From Nitrososphaeria archaeon (GTDB taxonomy: Archaea; Thermoproteota; Nitrososphaeria; JACIWG01), in assembly GCA_049969935.1 (NCBI GenBank), contig JBMFNX010000002.1, forward strand, positions 5,789 through 69,788: a DNA stretch of 64,000 nt. Direction: 5' to 3'. Of this stretch, positions 38,456-48,499 are shown piece by piece. A model generated the notes under the pieces. That model saw only the letters and a list, made by a program, of their open reading frames with translations. It did no database searches and was not told the origin of the DNA. Numbering within the stretch: position 1 is the first letter of the stretch; the number at the start of each line of letters is the position of its first letter. Position numbers and translations under genes: made by a program.

Positions 38456-39433
38456 TTGCCGTTGAAGATACTGGTAAGACCCCTTTGTGCAGAAAGTATG
38501 GGTGTAAGGTCTACTGCAACATATGTTGAAACACCTGATCTAAAAATTCTTATCGATGCCGGAGCGGCTTTAGCGCCAAGATTCGGCCGCTTACCACATC
38601 CTTTAGAATATCAAGCCTTAGAAAGGGCTAGGAAAGCGATTAAGGAGCATGCTGAACGTTCTGAAGCTATAATAGTTTCACATTATCACTTCGACCATTT
38701 TTCACCATTTTTTGAGGAAACTGATACTTTATGGACATGGAGTAATCAAAGTGTTGCAGGAGAAATTTATTCTGATAAGATAGTATATTTTAAAGATTTT
38801 GATAGAGATATTAATTTTAGCCAAAAAATAAGGGGGCAATTATTTAATAAGTCTGTTAAAAATGTTGCAAAAAAGGTTATTAAAGCAGATAGCCAGTGTT
38901 TCTATTTTGGTGGAACAACACTAAAGTTTAGTAGGCCATTATTTCATGGAGAAGAAAACAGTAAACTTGGATATGTTTTGGCCACCATTATAAGAAGCCC
39001 TGGATTGACCTTTTTGCATGCATCTGATGTTCAGGGGGCGATCTCAGATCAGGCAATCAACACTATTTTAGATGAAAGTCCAGATATATTGGTTATTGGA
39101 GGACCACCGACATATCTTAATAGTTTTGAAGAAAAAAACTATTTTATTGCAAAAAATAATCTCTCTAAACTCGTTGAAAAAACAAAGTTAATGATATTGG
39201 ACCACCACATTTTAAGAGATGAAAGAGCAAATGCTTTTATTGAAGAGTTGAAGGGTAAGGCGATAGTATTCAATAATCAAGTAAAGACTTTTGCAGAATT
39301 TCAAGGAAAGAGTAACCAGCTACTTGAGGCAAGACGTATGGAATTATACCGTGAATTTGAGCCTGGTGAAGAATTTATGAGATGGGCTAATTTGCCTGAT
39401 GCTCTTCGGAGGAAGAAGTTTCCGCCTCTTTGA
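38456..39433 (+). CDS. metallo-beta-lactamase-fold protein (UPF0282-like)
   Basis: ILIDAGAA...VSHYHFDH is the HxHxDH metal motif. Confidence 0.55.
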   Translation: MPLKILVRPLCAESMGVRSTATYVETPDLKILIDAGAALAPRFGRLPHPLEYQALERARKAIKEHAERSEAIIVSHYHFDHFSPFFEETDTLWTWSNQSVAGEIYSDKIVYFKDFDRDINFSQKIRGQLFNKSVKNVAKKVIKADSQCFYFGGTTLKFSRPLFHGEENSKLGYVLATIIRSPGLTFLHASDVQGAISDQAINTILDESPDILVIGGPPTYLNSFEEKNYFIAKNNLSKLVEKTKLMILDHHILRDERANAFIEELKGKAIVFNNQVKTFAEFQGKSNQLLEARRMELYREFEPGEEFMRWANLPDALRRKKFPPL

Positions 39434-39833
39434 GAAGCATGTTTTTTATTTGTTCTTGAGTTAATATTCCAGAATCTATCAAATTTGCTATTGAATTTGC
39501 TGAGGCAGTGCCAGTCAGTTTTCCTATTTTGCCACTAATTTGTCTCCATTTTAATTTCGTGTTACCACTCTTAGACACATATATTATTCCTAGAACATCC
39601 TTCGCGTTTACGAAAGTTATATCATACTTTTTCGTAAGAGTTACCTTGTCAACTGCTTCTATGTATATTGCACCCGGACCTGTTTCCTTTTCTGGAAAAA
39701 TATCAGGGTTTTTTAAATAACTTTTTGGCATAAAAGAGCGACATGTACTGTTTATTAGAAATGTTCTCATCTTATTCAAATGTACTGTCAAGTTTATTTC
39801 TACCATGCTACTCCCTTGGTAATATTTTAACAA
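39387..39833 (-). CDS. hypothetical protein
   Basis: A 148-aa ORF with several candidate internal starts and no recognised motif. Confidence 0.25.
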   Translation of the reverse strand: MLKYYQGSSMVEINLTVHLNKMRTFLINSTCRSFMPKSYLKNPDIFPEKETGPGAIYIEAVDKVTLTKKYDITFVNAKDVLGIIYVSKSGNTKLKWRQISGKIGKLTGTASANSIANLIDSGILTQEQIKNMLLKEAETSSSEEHQAN

Positions 39834-40019
39834 TAAGGTCTATAAATTGGTTTTTAAATATATTTTGTTGGGCGATGAAGAAAGAAGGCTTCGAAATAAT
39901 TATGTGATAGATCTTGAGTTCAGAGCCCTCAACTTTATTTTCGTTCACCTCTCCCTATCATTTATATAATTAAACTAAAGTTATAGTTAAATAATCGTTT
40001 AAATTATCTTTATGCAAAG
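39834..40019. promoter_or_regulatory. AT-rich intergenic region upstream of orc1/cdc6; candidate replication origin / cdc6 promoter
   Basis: A 186-nt, highly AT-rich spacer directly 5' of orc1/cdc6, with two loosely similar GTTCA-N3-C(T)CCC elements (gttcagagccctc and gttcacctctccc). No canonical ORB was matched by eye. Confidence 0.2.
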
Positions 40020-41189
40020 ATGATAGAAGAATATCGGATATTCAAGGATGAGAGTAAACTTTCTCCAGAATATATTCCTAAGAGGATACCGCATAGAGAA
40101 AGTGAACTAAATAAGTTGAAAAGCTTTTTTAGAATGGTTTTACAGGATCCTAAAAGAAACAGTCAGCAAGTTTTTATAGTAGGGCCTGTTGGAAGTGGGA
40201 AGACGCTTATATCTAAAAAATTTATTCAACATGTTGAAAGTCAGTACGTCTTAAATGACGTGAGATTAAAAACTTACTATACTAACTGTAGGGTTAACAG
40301 GGTCTTTGGAAGCATATTGAATAGCATACTTTCTTCTATAGGGCACTCTTTCCCAAACCGGGGCTTTTCCTTAGATGAGATTGTGCAATATTTTATATCA
40401 AAATTGAGTGAAGAAAAGGTGCATGTGATAGTGATTTTTGATGAATTTGATGCCCTTGTCTCACATGAGGGTATAGAGCCACTTTATGTTATAACGAGGA
40501 TAAGGGAGATGGTGATTGATAGACAAATATTATCTTCTATTATTATAAGCAAGTCTTTTTCATACTTGAATAAAGCGGACCCAAGTATCTTAAGTTCTAT
40601 CCAAAAAAATATAATTAAGCTTGACTCATATAATGAGTCTCAGCTTAAGGATATATTATATGATCGTGTACTAATAGCTTTTGAAGATGATACGGTAGAA
40701 AACGAAACCTTAGATTTGATTTCTAAACTTGCATCGAAGTATGGGGATGCAAGATATGCTATAGAGCTTCTTCAACTTTCAGGAAGAATTGCAGAGTTCA
40801 GAGGAGAAAGAAAGGTTAGACCAGAACATGTGAGGGAGGCAAAATTACAGTTACCTCCTCAGATAAGAAAAGAGGAATTGAATTATTTGGATGAACATGA
40901 AAAAATAATTCTTCTTTCTTTAGCAAAGATTTTGAAAGAACAGTTAGAGGATCATATTACATTAAAGGTTTTAGAAGAAGAATATAAGATTATGTGTAAA
41001 AAATATGGTAAGGAGGCTTTAAAGCATACACAGTTCTGGTTAAGAGTGAAAAATTTGGCTCAAAAAGAATTTATAGATTCAAAAGTTTCGCAGGTTGATC
41101 CCAGGGGGAGGACAACTGTAATTAGTTTATTGAATATTCCAGCCGAACAACTTTATAATGAAATAAAAGAGAGACTGGAATATGGATAG
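40020..41189 (+). CDS. cdc6: Orc1/Cdc6 replication initiator (AAA+ plus C-terminal winged helix)
   Basis: IPHRESEL..., Walker A GPVGSGKT, sensor motifs and a C-terminal wH domain over 389 aa. Confidence 0.85.
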   Translation: MIEEYRIFKDESKLSPEYIPKRIPHRESELNKLKSFFRMVLQDPKRNSQQVFIVGPVGSGKTLISKKFIQHVESQYVLNDVRLKTYYTNCRVNRVFGSILNSILSSIGHSFPNRGFSLDEIVQYFISKLSEEKVHVIVIFDEFDALVSHEGIEPLYVITRIREMVIDRQILSSIIISKSFSYLNKADPSILSSIQKNIIKLDSYNESQLKDILYDRVLIAFEDDTVENETLDLISKLASKYGDARYAIELLQLSGRIAEFRGERKVRPEHVREAKLQLPPQIRKEELNYLDEHEKIILLSLAKILKEQLEDHITLKVLEEEYKIMCKKYGKEALKHTQFWLRVKNLAQKEFIDSKVSQVDPRGRTTVISLLNIPAEQLYNEIKERLEYG

Positions 41190-41475
41190 GGATTTTACAT
41201 TTTTCGACAGTAAAGGTAAATTTAAAATTTTAAGAATTTTATTAAAAGAAAATGAAATAAACATTTCAGCATTACTTAAAAGAACAAATATTTCATATAA
41301 ATTTGTTGAAAGGTACTTAGCTGAACTTGAAAATGAGGGTTTAATTAGGCAAAAGAGGTTTGGTAAAATAAGAATTATAAGTCTAGAAGATAATAGAGTT
41401 ACGCGTATACTAAAAGATTTTTTCACTGAATTGGAAGGTATTGAAGAGGAAAATTATATCAAAGGATATGTTTGA
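41182..41475 (+). CDS. small winged-HTH DNA-binding protein
   Basis: A 97-aa ORF overlapping the cdc6 stop, with ...LLKRTNISYKFVERYLAELENEGLI... as the wHTH recognition region. Confidence 0.4.
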   Translation: MDRDFTFFDSKGKFKILRILLKENEINISALLKRTNISYKFVERYLAELENEGLIRQKRFGKIRIISLEDNRVTRILKDFFTELEGIEEENYIKGYV

Positions 41476-41476
41476 C

Positions 41477-44400
41477 CTATTCTTTGTCAATGAATTCCTC
41501 AGGTGATGGTGGAGATTCACTTAATCCTTTCCTCTTTCTAATCGATGCAATTAGTTGTGGTAGAAGATTTGATGGAACAGGACTCCATTCTTTAAAGTGT
41601 GTATTCCACATAGCTTTGCCAGCGGTCGCACCACGCATAGCTTCACTCAAATCAAATGTTTCTGCGGCAGGTATAACACCCTCTATGATTGTTAGGACAC
41701 CTTTTTGTTCTACATTAAGCATTTTCCCTCTCCTTGCAGAAATTACACCTGCTATGGCGCCAATCAAGTCAGCGTTCGCTTTAACTTCTATACCTAAAAC
41801 GGGTTCAAGTAATGTTGGATTAGCTAGAAGCATGGCACCTAGTATTGCCCGTCTAGATGCTGGCAAAAGTTGGGCATAAGTTCTATGAGCAGGATCTTCA
41901 TGGAATTCGGCATGATGTAGAACTACTTTAACGCCTCTACATGGTTCCTGTGCTAAGGGGCCATTTTCCATTACATCAAAGAAGCCGACTCTTATCGAAT
42001 CAATAGATTCCTGCATAAATTGGACACCTTTTGTTGCATCAACAAAAAGGTTACCTCTTGGATCAATAGCGACAACATTTCTAGCTTCATCTGCATCCCA
42101 TCCATGGTCCCTTAATATTTTTGCGATCGTCTTTCTATCAAGTTGATCATTAATAGTATTATTCCTTATTAATTCAATAACTTCAGCAGATAATGGTTCC
42201 ACTCGCATGAAAATACGATTATGTTTGTTTGGAGATTTTGCCATAACAGGCCCAGCTGAAGCCCTTATAGTTTCACGATAGTTAATTAATGGAGGAGTAG
42301 TTATTATTTCTAAACCAGTCTGCGTGATAAGCGTTGTCGCTATCTCTAAATGTAGCACACCCATACCTGACATTAGCATTTCCCCAGTCTCTTCATTTAT
42401 TTTGATCACAAGATTAGGATCTTCTATTGACAATTTTCTCAATGTTTCAATAAGTTTAGGTAAGTCTCTTGGATACTTTGGTTCTACAGCAATAGTCACT
42501 ACAGGTTCAGATACATATCTTATCTGTTCAAATGGCGTTATATCTTTTATTGAAGATACTGTTTCACCTGCCCTCGCAGCATCTAGTCCTAGCAGAGCAG
42601 GTATATTGCCTGCTGTAAGAACACCAACAATTTCTCTAAATGGACCCATGAACATGCTTACAGATTGCACACGAGCCTGTGTTTTTGCATTATGCAGGTA
42701 AAGTATGTCACCATCATGAACAGTTCCAGAAAAGAGGCGGCCTACAGCAACAACACCAGCTTGAGGATCAACAACTACGTTTGTCACCATCATTACAACA
42801 GGTCCCTTCTCATCACAGTTTAAGAGAGCTTGGCCTACTTCTGAATTCAGGTCACCCTTCCATATCTTTGGAATACGATATCTTTGCGCAACATGTGGGG
42901 GAGGATGATGCCTTATTACCATTGAAAGTATAGCATCATGTAATGGAAAGTTTTCGGCGAGAATCTTAATGTTACCTGCTTCATATGCCTTGTATATGTC
43001 ACTAAATCGGACACCCTTCTTTTGTGCAATCATAAAATTGAAGCCCCAACGGTCCTTTGCTGAACCAAATGCAACACTACTATCTTGTATACTAACTTTC
43101 CATTTTGACTTAAATTCTGGTTCAGCATATATGTCTATTAAATTATTAAATTCACTGACTATATTGGCAAGCCAAGCTTGCATCTTTTCTGGACTAAGCT
43201 TTAATTCTTTAATCAGCCTATCAATTTTATTAATATATAAGACTGGCCTAACTCTTTCCTCTAATGCTTGACGAGTAACAGTTTCAGTTTGCGTCATTAT
43301 ACCTTCAACAGCATCACATACAACTACAACACCGTCAATAGCACGCAAACTTCTTGTTACTCTACCAGTAAAATCAATGTGTCCTGGTGTATCTATTAAA
43401 TTTATTACATATGGAACATTCTCATATTCATAGTATAATGTAACGTTGGCTGCTTTAATTGTCATTTGCCTCTGCTGCTCTAGATCCATGTAGTCTAGGG
43501 CTAAAGCTTGGCCTGCAAGAGCAGGGCTAAGCATACCGCATGCAGCAAGAAGACTATCGCTCATAGTGGTATTATGCACTATTATACCGTTTGCAACAAA
43601 GGTGTGCGTGGTGGGTACAGTTAAGTCATAGACATCGAATTCACCCACAATTGGTTCAACATGAGAGACTTCAACAAATCTAACTTCGCCAGAAGCAAGT
43701 TTCCTCCAAGCATCCAGTATCTGCTCGATATTCTCTTTTTGAACACTAGATCCTCTGAGAAGATGCTTCCATATTGATAGGGCTTCCCGTCCAGTATCAG
43801 TAACACTAATTTTCCCATCCTTTATCTTTATGAGCTTGTCACTCTTGAGAGATGCCAGAAGACCGTTTAAGCGGTTTGAATCTAATTTGCATTCGCCTAT
43901 TAGTGTACTATATGTAACTTCATTACAGCATCTTTCAAGGATAGATGCCTTTATGGAAAGGTAGCTCAGTTCATTAAGTGCTTCTGAAAACACTTTAACA
44001 ATCTTACCTAATGCCACCCTATTTATTCGCTGTAAACCGTATTCATACTTACTGTAGTATGGGAAACCTCTTATGGTACGAGGAAGCCCTAGTGAGATCC
44101 GAAGGGCTGATAGCACCTTTGGTGAAATTGGGACTATGTCTGCAACTCGGTTTGATGCCGTTAGTCTGCTGAATCTGCGGAGAAGCTTATTTTTGTTCGG
44201 TAATGTAAAGCCTATTCTGCTTCTAAACGTCTTTAGATCCCTACCAGATATGCTTAAGACAAAATATCTACCCTTCTTATACTTTGTCGATACTATGCCA
44301 AAGCGAATTAAGAGTATGGATAGCTGGTCAATTAGCTCTTTAGATGCGGAGGTTATCGAGACAGATCTGCTCCGTTTGTTGACTGTGCCATCTGTGTCGA

Positions 44401-45539
44401 AGAGCCCTTTCAAGAATTCTGCAACAAGGTCATCACGCATAGCGGTCAGCAGATCTGACAGCACCAGCTTCTTAGACTTCTTGAAAGAATGGTAAGAGAA
44501 GAGATCCTCAAAGAACTTTATGAGCGTGAGGCCTCCGTAATGGTCAACTCTCACACTAGTTTTGCCTGAAACTACTCTGCTATCCACGTTGAAAGCCTTT
44601 AGCAACGCCTGCTTGAATCGGAACAAGATGCGCAAGTTCGTGTTGGTTAAGGACGCCCTAGTAGTGCCGTCACCATATAGCAGACCTAGAGCATACATCA
44701 TAGCCTTAAATTCATCTATTGTCTTAGGGAGGTGGATCCTCTTTGACTGTCTGCCAAATCTTTTTAGCGAAGAGCGGTATAAGAGGACATCAATGGCATC
44801 ATATAGCATAGACTTATTGAGCCCTATCAACTGAGCTATACATAAAAGGTCCTTGAGGCGGTACCTCCCTAGCCTAACTCCTTGTCGAAAGCTTTCGTAA
44901 TCTAGCTTGCTGCCAATGCTCCTCCACACTGCCTTAATGCCTCTCTGAGAAAGAGTGGTTGCAATAGATGAAGCAAATGGCTCCAGTAGATATATGAGAT
45001 AATAATCGCGCTCCGAAAGTCTTTCAATGATCCTCGCCTTAACTTGATCCAGCTCTAAACCAACGGATTTTAAGAGCGAGGGTACAGCAACATAGACACC
45101 TGGAGTTAGATCAGAAGCCCTTATGGCCTCTAACAATCCAAGCTCTGACAAAGTGTAAAATGGATGTTCGGGAGTAGTTGAAACCTCAAAACCGTTTCTT
45201 AAACTGACTCGAATCAACTTGTTACTCTTAAGCTTCCAGACGTAAACCGCTTTCATATCTTTAATATTAAGCAAAGAGGGGTCCATAGAATCTACAAAAA
45301 CATCCTTCAAGGTGGCTCTCTTATCAAACCGCCCATAGCGCTCGTAAAGCACCTTAATCGGAAGAATCTCACCAGTAGATAATGTTACATAAGAATCTTC
45401 GCTCACACACTTACCATGATCTACATGGGCAACAACACCCAGATTATTCGGGTTTAGAGATTTTTCTCTAAACCTTTCGAATCTGGTCCTTGTTGCCTAT
45501 GATTTTTAATGCTTCTGCGGTAGTTTTATACCTTGGCAT
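41477..45539 (-). CDS. fusA: translation elongation factor aEF-2, interrupted by a 31-nt BHB intron (45445..45475) and a 613-aa intein (43571..45409); the mature protein is about 730 aa
   Basis: Exon 1 (45476..45539) encodes MPRYKTTAEALKIIGNKDQIR, then frame A hits UAG. Removing 31 nt gives ...[16 protein letters not shown][intein][27 protein letters not shown]...NLIDTPGHIDF..., which aligns with Sulfolobus aEF-2 (MPRYKT...[17 protein letters not shown]...). Confidence 0.85.
43571..45409 (-). mobile_element. intein with LAGLIDADG homing-endonuclease domain inserted in the aEF-2 P-loop
   Basis: Host junctions are AHVDHGK|C at the start and HN|[8 protein letters not shown] at the end. The Hint N-terminus is CVSEDSYVTLSTGE, the LAGLIDADG blocks are MMYALGLLYGDGTT and VAEFLKGLFDTDGTV, and the C-terminus is FVANGIIVHN+T. 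Confidence 0.85.
45445..45475 (-). other. predicted bulge-helix-bulge (hBHBh') pre-mRNA intron in aEF-2
   Basis: mRNA: CCAGA-UUCG-[AA|A]-GGUUUAGAGA-AAAA-UCUCUAAACC-CGAA-[UA|A]-UCUGG. This is a 5-bp outer helix, a 4-bp central helix, two 3-nt bulges on opposite strands, a 10-bp inner helix and a 4-nt loop. Cleavage after the second bulge nucleotide on each strand excises exactly 31 nt and restores the frame. Confidence 0.7.
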
Positions 45540-45627
45540 AGTAAACCCCACTAAACCACTAGAGAAACCCTTTTAAAAGATTTTGGAGAAAGAGATTGTA
45601 ACCACATTATATTATTTAAATAAAGTT

Positions 45628-46230
45628 TTATTCAATATTAGCATGCCTTTCCCTCATATCCAATTCACTTACATGAAATTCTGATATTAGGGTAGCAATT
45701 ATAGAATCTAACAAAAATAGGGCACTGTCTTCAAAAAGTGTGCCTAATGGAGCAAGTGGTTCATGAAGACCTAAAATTTGCCGAGCAAAATAGTCTCTTG
45801 GTGAGATCTCAATTCGCCCTTTTAAAAGCACTATATGATTAGAGAGTTGACCCAATGGAGACTCAGGATATGAAGTTATAGACACAATTTTTGCACCAAC
45901 TTGCTTAGCTGCTTCAGCTGCGGTAACTATAAGTTTTGTTGACCCAGAACCAGAAATTGCAATAACTAGATCTTCTTTAGAAATTGATGGCACAATAGTG
46001 TCACCTAAAACGTAAGCATTAAAGCCTAAATGGAGAAGACGCATTGCAAAAGCACGGCCAACCAGACCGCTTCTCCCAGCACCCATTATCAATATCTTAC
46101 TACTCTTATGAGACTTTAGCATTTCAACAAAGGTTCTTAATTCTTCTTCATTAACCTGTAGTAAATTCTCTTTTACCAATTCCGACAAAAGTATAGCCCT
46201 CTCTTTCACACTTTGGATACTGCTGCTCAT
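45628..46230 (-). CDS. SIS-domain sugar-phosphate isomerase (6-phospho-3-hexuloisomerase-like)
   Basis: A 200-aa single-SIS-domain ORF with [14 protein letters not shown]...AISGSGST. Confidence 0.55.
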   Translation of the reverse strand: MSSSIQSVKERAILLSELVKENLLQVNEEELRTFVEMLKSHKSSKILIMGAGRSGLVGRAFAMRLLHLGFNAYVLGDTIVPSISKEDLVIAISGSGSTKLIVTAAEAAKQVGAKIVSITSYPESPLGQLSNHIVLLKGRIEISPRDYFARQILGLHEPLAPLGTLFEDSALFLLDSIIATLISEFHVSELDMRERHANIE

Positions 46231-46261
46231 ATTTTTGGGTTAGAAATATGCAAATAAAAAG

Positions 46262-46930
46262 TTATTTACTTAATTTTTCGAACATGTTTTCATACATTTT
46301 CACATTAGTATCTATAAGGTCCCTTATCCTTCGAGCACGCTTTAGACCAATTCCAGGAACCTTAGACAGTTCCTCCACAGAGGCGAGAAAAACATTCTTT
46401 GGAGAGCCAAAATGATTTAGTAAATTTAAAGCTAACTTTGGGCCAACACTTGGAAGTGATGAGATTAAATAGATTTGCTGATCGAAGAAGCCTTTTTTCT
46501 TAGCATGTTTAATAAGGTAGCCTCTTCCTTTTTTAGTAGAAGCATTTACTAGACAGTATAAGAATAAGGCTGTCTCCTTTTCCGAAAGCACATTAACTAG
46601 CTTTATCTTATAATTTATAAGAAGGGAGGCGATTGCACAGTATACAGCTTTAGGATTACGTAAATATGCTTCTACTTCATTGAAATTACCTTCAACTATA
46701 ATGAAGGCATTGGGATAGGAGGAAGATAATTGTTCAATTTGATTAAATAAACGGCCATCAAATAATGAGGCTATAAAATCTTTCATTGATTTCCTTTCAA
46801 CCGCAGTCTCAGGGTTAATTATATAGTCACCGACTTCTAAAAGTTTAAAAACAAAATTGATATTCATCGATTTTAGTAGATCTGGTATACTAGATTTTGA
46901 TTCCCTATGGTCTACAATTATGTAACCCAT
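46262..46930 (-). CDS. xpf: XPF/ERCC4-type structure-specific nuclease (short archaeal form, nuclease plus HhH2)
   Basis: ERCC4 core IVDHRE...GDYII...VERKSMKDF...GRLFNQ and a C-terminal HhH2 (LPSVGPKLALNLLNHFGS...VPGIGLKRARRI). Confidence 0.7.
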   Translation of the reverse strand: MGYIIVDHRESKSSIPDLLKSMNINFVFKLLEVGDYIINPETAVERKSMKDFIASLFDGRLFNQIEQLSSSYPNAFIIVEGNFNEVEAYLRNPKAVYCAIASLLINYKIKLVNVLSEKETALFLYCLVNASTKKGRGYLIKHAKKKGFFDQQIYLISSLPSVGPKLALNLLNHFGSPKNVFLASVEELSKVPGIGLKRARRIRDLIDTNVKMYENMFEKLSK

Positions 46931-46942
46931 ATCACATCCACT

Positions 46943-47677
46943 TTAAACTCTAAAATAATAGATGAGAAGTATAAATAAGATTATAAATGATAGACATGAG
47001 AGTAGTGCAAAATAGTCTCGTCGCCTAAAACTTAATCTGTAATATGATGTTCTTTTTTTAGAAAAACCATAAGCTCTAGACTCCATTGCTTCAGCTAATT
47101 CCTCACTTCTTATAATCGATTGAACAATTAATGGTACCAATACTGGAATATAATTACGGATCCGCTTAAATAAATTACCCTTTTCTATTTCAAGACCTCT
47201 AGAACGTTGAGAGTCTATTATTTGTAGCGCATCCAATAATATTACTGGTACAAAACGTACTGCTGTAACGAAGGCAAATATTAAATCGTAAGGTAAGTGT
47301 AGAGAGCGCATAACAAGGTCAAGCTCATCAGGAGAAGACGTTAAGAAGAAGATAGAGGAGGATGAAATTATTGCAATAAAACGTAATGAGATAATTATGG
47401 AGAAAATAAGTTCGTATCCTACTAGCAAGTTTATTATAAAGATCATGGCCACAAATGAGAGAGAGAATGTTATAGTTTTTATCATCCTCCTAAACACCTT
47501 AGAAACAACTCCTAAAATGAAGATAATCGATAACAGTATAGCGAATTCAAAAATCGTGTTACTGAAGAGTGAAAGGATAAAAAGTGATAGTGAAATAGTC
47601 AATTTAACTCTTGGGTCAAGAGAGTGAACGAAACTGTCCTGACGTCTGTATATTAAGCCTTCTGCTAACCAAAACAT
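46943..47677 (-). CDS. ecfT: ECF transporter transmembrane T component (EcfT/CbiQ)
   Basis: A 244-aa polytopic membrane protein lying directly downstream of two ECF-type ABC ATPases. Confidence 0.65.
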   Translation of the reverse strand: MFWLAEGLIYRRQDSFVHSLDPRVKLTISLSLFILSLFSNTIFEFAILLSIIFILGVVSKVFRRMIKTITFSLSFVAMIFIINLLVGYELIFSIIISLRFIAIISSSSIFFLTSSPDELDLVMRSLHLPYDLIFAFVTAVRFVPVILLDALQIIDSQRSRGLEIEKGNLFKRIRNYIPVLVPLIVQSIIRSEELAEAMESRAYGFSKKRTSYYRLSFRRRDYFALLSCLSFIILFILLIYYFRV

Positions 47678-47683
47678 TCTATC

Positions 47684-48499
47684 TCAGCCTTTAAATAGCT
47701 TTAAAATCATTGCACGTGCTTCAAGAAGATCAATAGGAGGTTTATCAATTAATGGAAAAAGTTCTTCATAAAGTTCAATAAGTTGAGGTTTTGTAATACC
47801 ACATTCTTCTAGTGCTTCTGAATCACTGAAAATTCTTCTACAATCACCGTCTCTAACGATCATCCCGTTAGAGATTAATATTATTCTAGGCTGCAGAAGC
47901 CAAATAAATTCAACATCATGGGACACGATTATAACTGTCTTGTTCTGGGTTGCAAGCATTTTAATAATTTCCCTAAGCTTTTCCTTTTGGAGAAAATCTT
48001 GCCCAACTGTAGGTTCATCAAGTATAATAAAGTCCGGATCCCATGCAAGAACAGAGGCTAAACATAATCTCTTTTTTTCACCACCACTCAACAATAGGGG
48101 GGAGACATCTTTGTATTGAATTAGGTTAAAGAATTCTAAAGCCCATTTAACTCTTTTCTTTGCAACCTCTTCATCAAATCCAAAATTTTTTAAGGCGAAA
48201 GCAACTTCATTCCATACAGTATCGGAGAAAAGTTGGTGGCCAGGGTTTTGAAAAACGAGTCCAACCCTCTTTGAAAAATAGGCTACTGATTCTTCGCGCG
48301 TGTCCTTACCGAATACCTTAACTGAACCCTTTGTTGGTTTAAGTAATCCGTTAAAATGTTTTATAAGTGTAGTTTTACCAGAACCATTTCCACCCATTAT
48401 ACCCACTATTTCTCCAAGTTTAATCTTTAAATTAACATTTTTTAGAATAAAATCCTTTGCTAAAGGATATTTAAAATATAATGAGTCTACTTCAATCAA
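47684..48499 (-). CDS. ecfA2: ECF transporter ATPase EcfA2
   Basis: Walker A GGNGSGKTT, signature LSGGEKKR and Walker B ILDEP. Confidence 0.8.
   Translation of the reverse strand: MIEVDSLYFKYPLAKDFILKNVNLKIKLGEIVGIMGGNGSGKTTLIKHFNGLLKPTKGSVKVFGKDTREESVAYFSKRVGLVFQNPGHQLFSDTVWNEVAFALKNFGFDEEVAKKRVKWALEFFNLIQYKDVSPLLLSGGEKKRLCLASVLAWDPDFIILDEPTVGQDFLQKEKLREIIKMLATQNKTVIIVSHDVEFIWLLQPRIILISNGMIVRDGDCRRIFSDSEALEECGITKPQLIELYEELFPLIDKPPIDLLEARAMILKLFKG

Noticed and set aside
42324-43271. Antisense ORFs inside the EF-2/intein region (42324..42701, 42679..42933, 42969..43271). Similar antisense ORFs occur inside rfcS, Rrp42, MCM and Hel308.
   Set aside because: They lie opposite strongly supported conserved genes and show low-complexity, Ser/Leu-rich translations typical of spurious antisense frames.
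45439-45539. Programmed +1 ribosomal frameshift or translational bypass (T4 gene-60-like hop over the hairpin), as an alternative to an RNA intron in EF-2
   Set aside because: A +1 shift alone would leave about 10 extra residues not seen in homologues. A bypass needs matched take-off and landing codons, and none are present in frame. The flanks form a textbook hBHBh' with bulges exactly 4 bp apart, and the endonuclease cleavage rule gives the homologous protein precisely. This alternative is kept as the less likely explanation.
45439-45539. Assembly or sequencing artefact creating the 31-nt insert
   Set aside because: A random artefact is unlikely to be an exact inverted repeat embedded in compensatory flanking helices, with a length that restores the frame only when cut at BHB positions. 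It cannot be fully excluded without reads.
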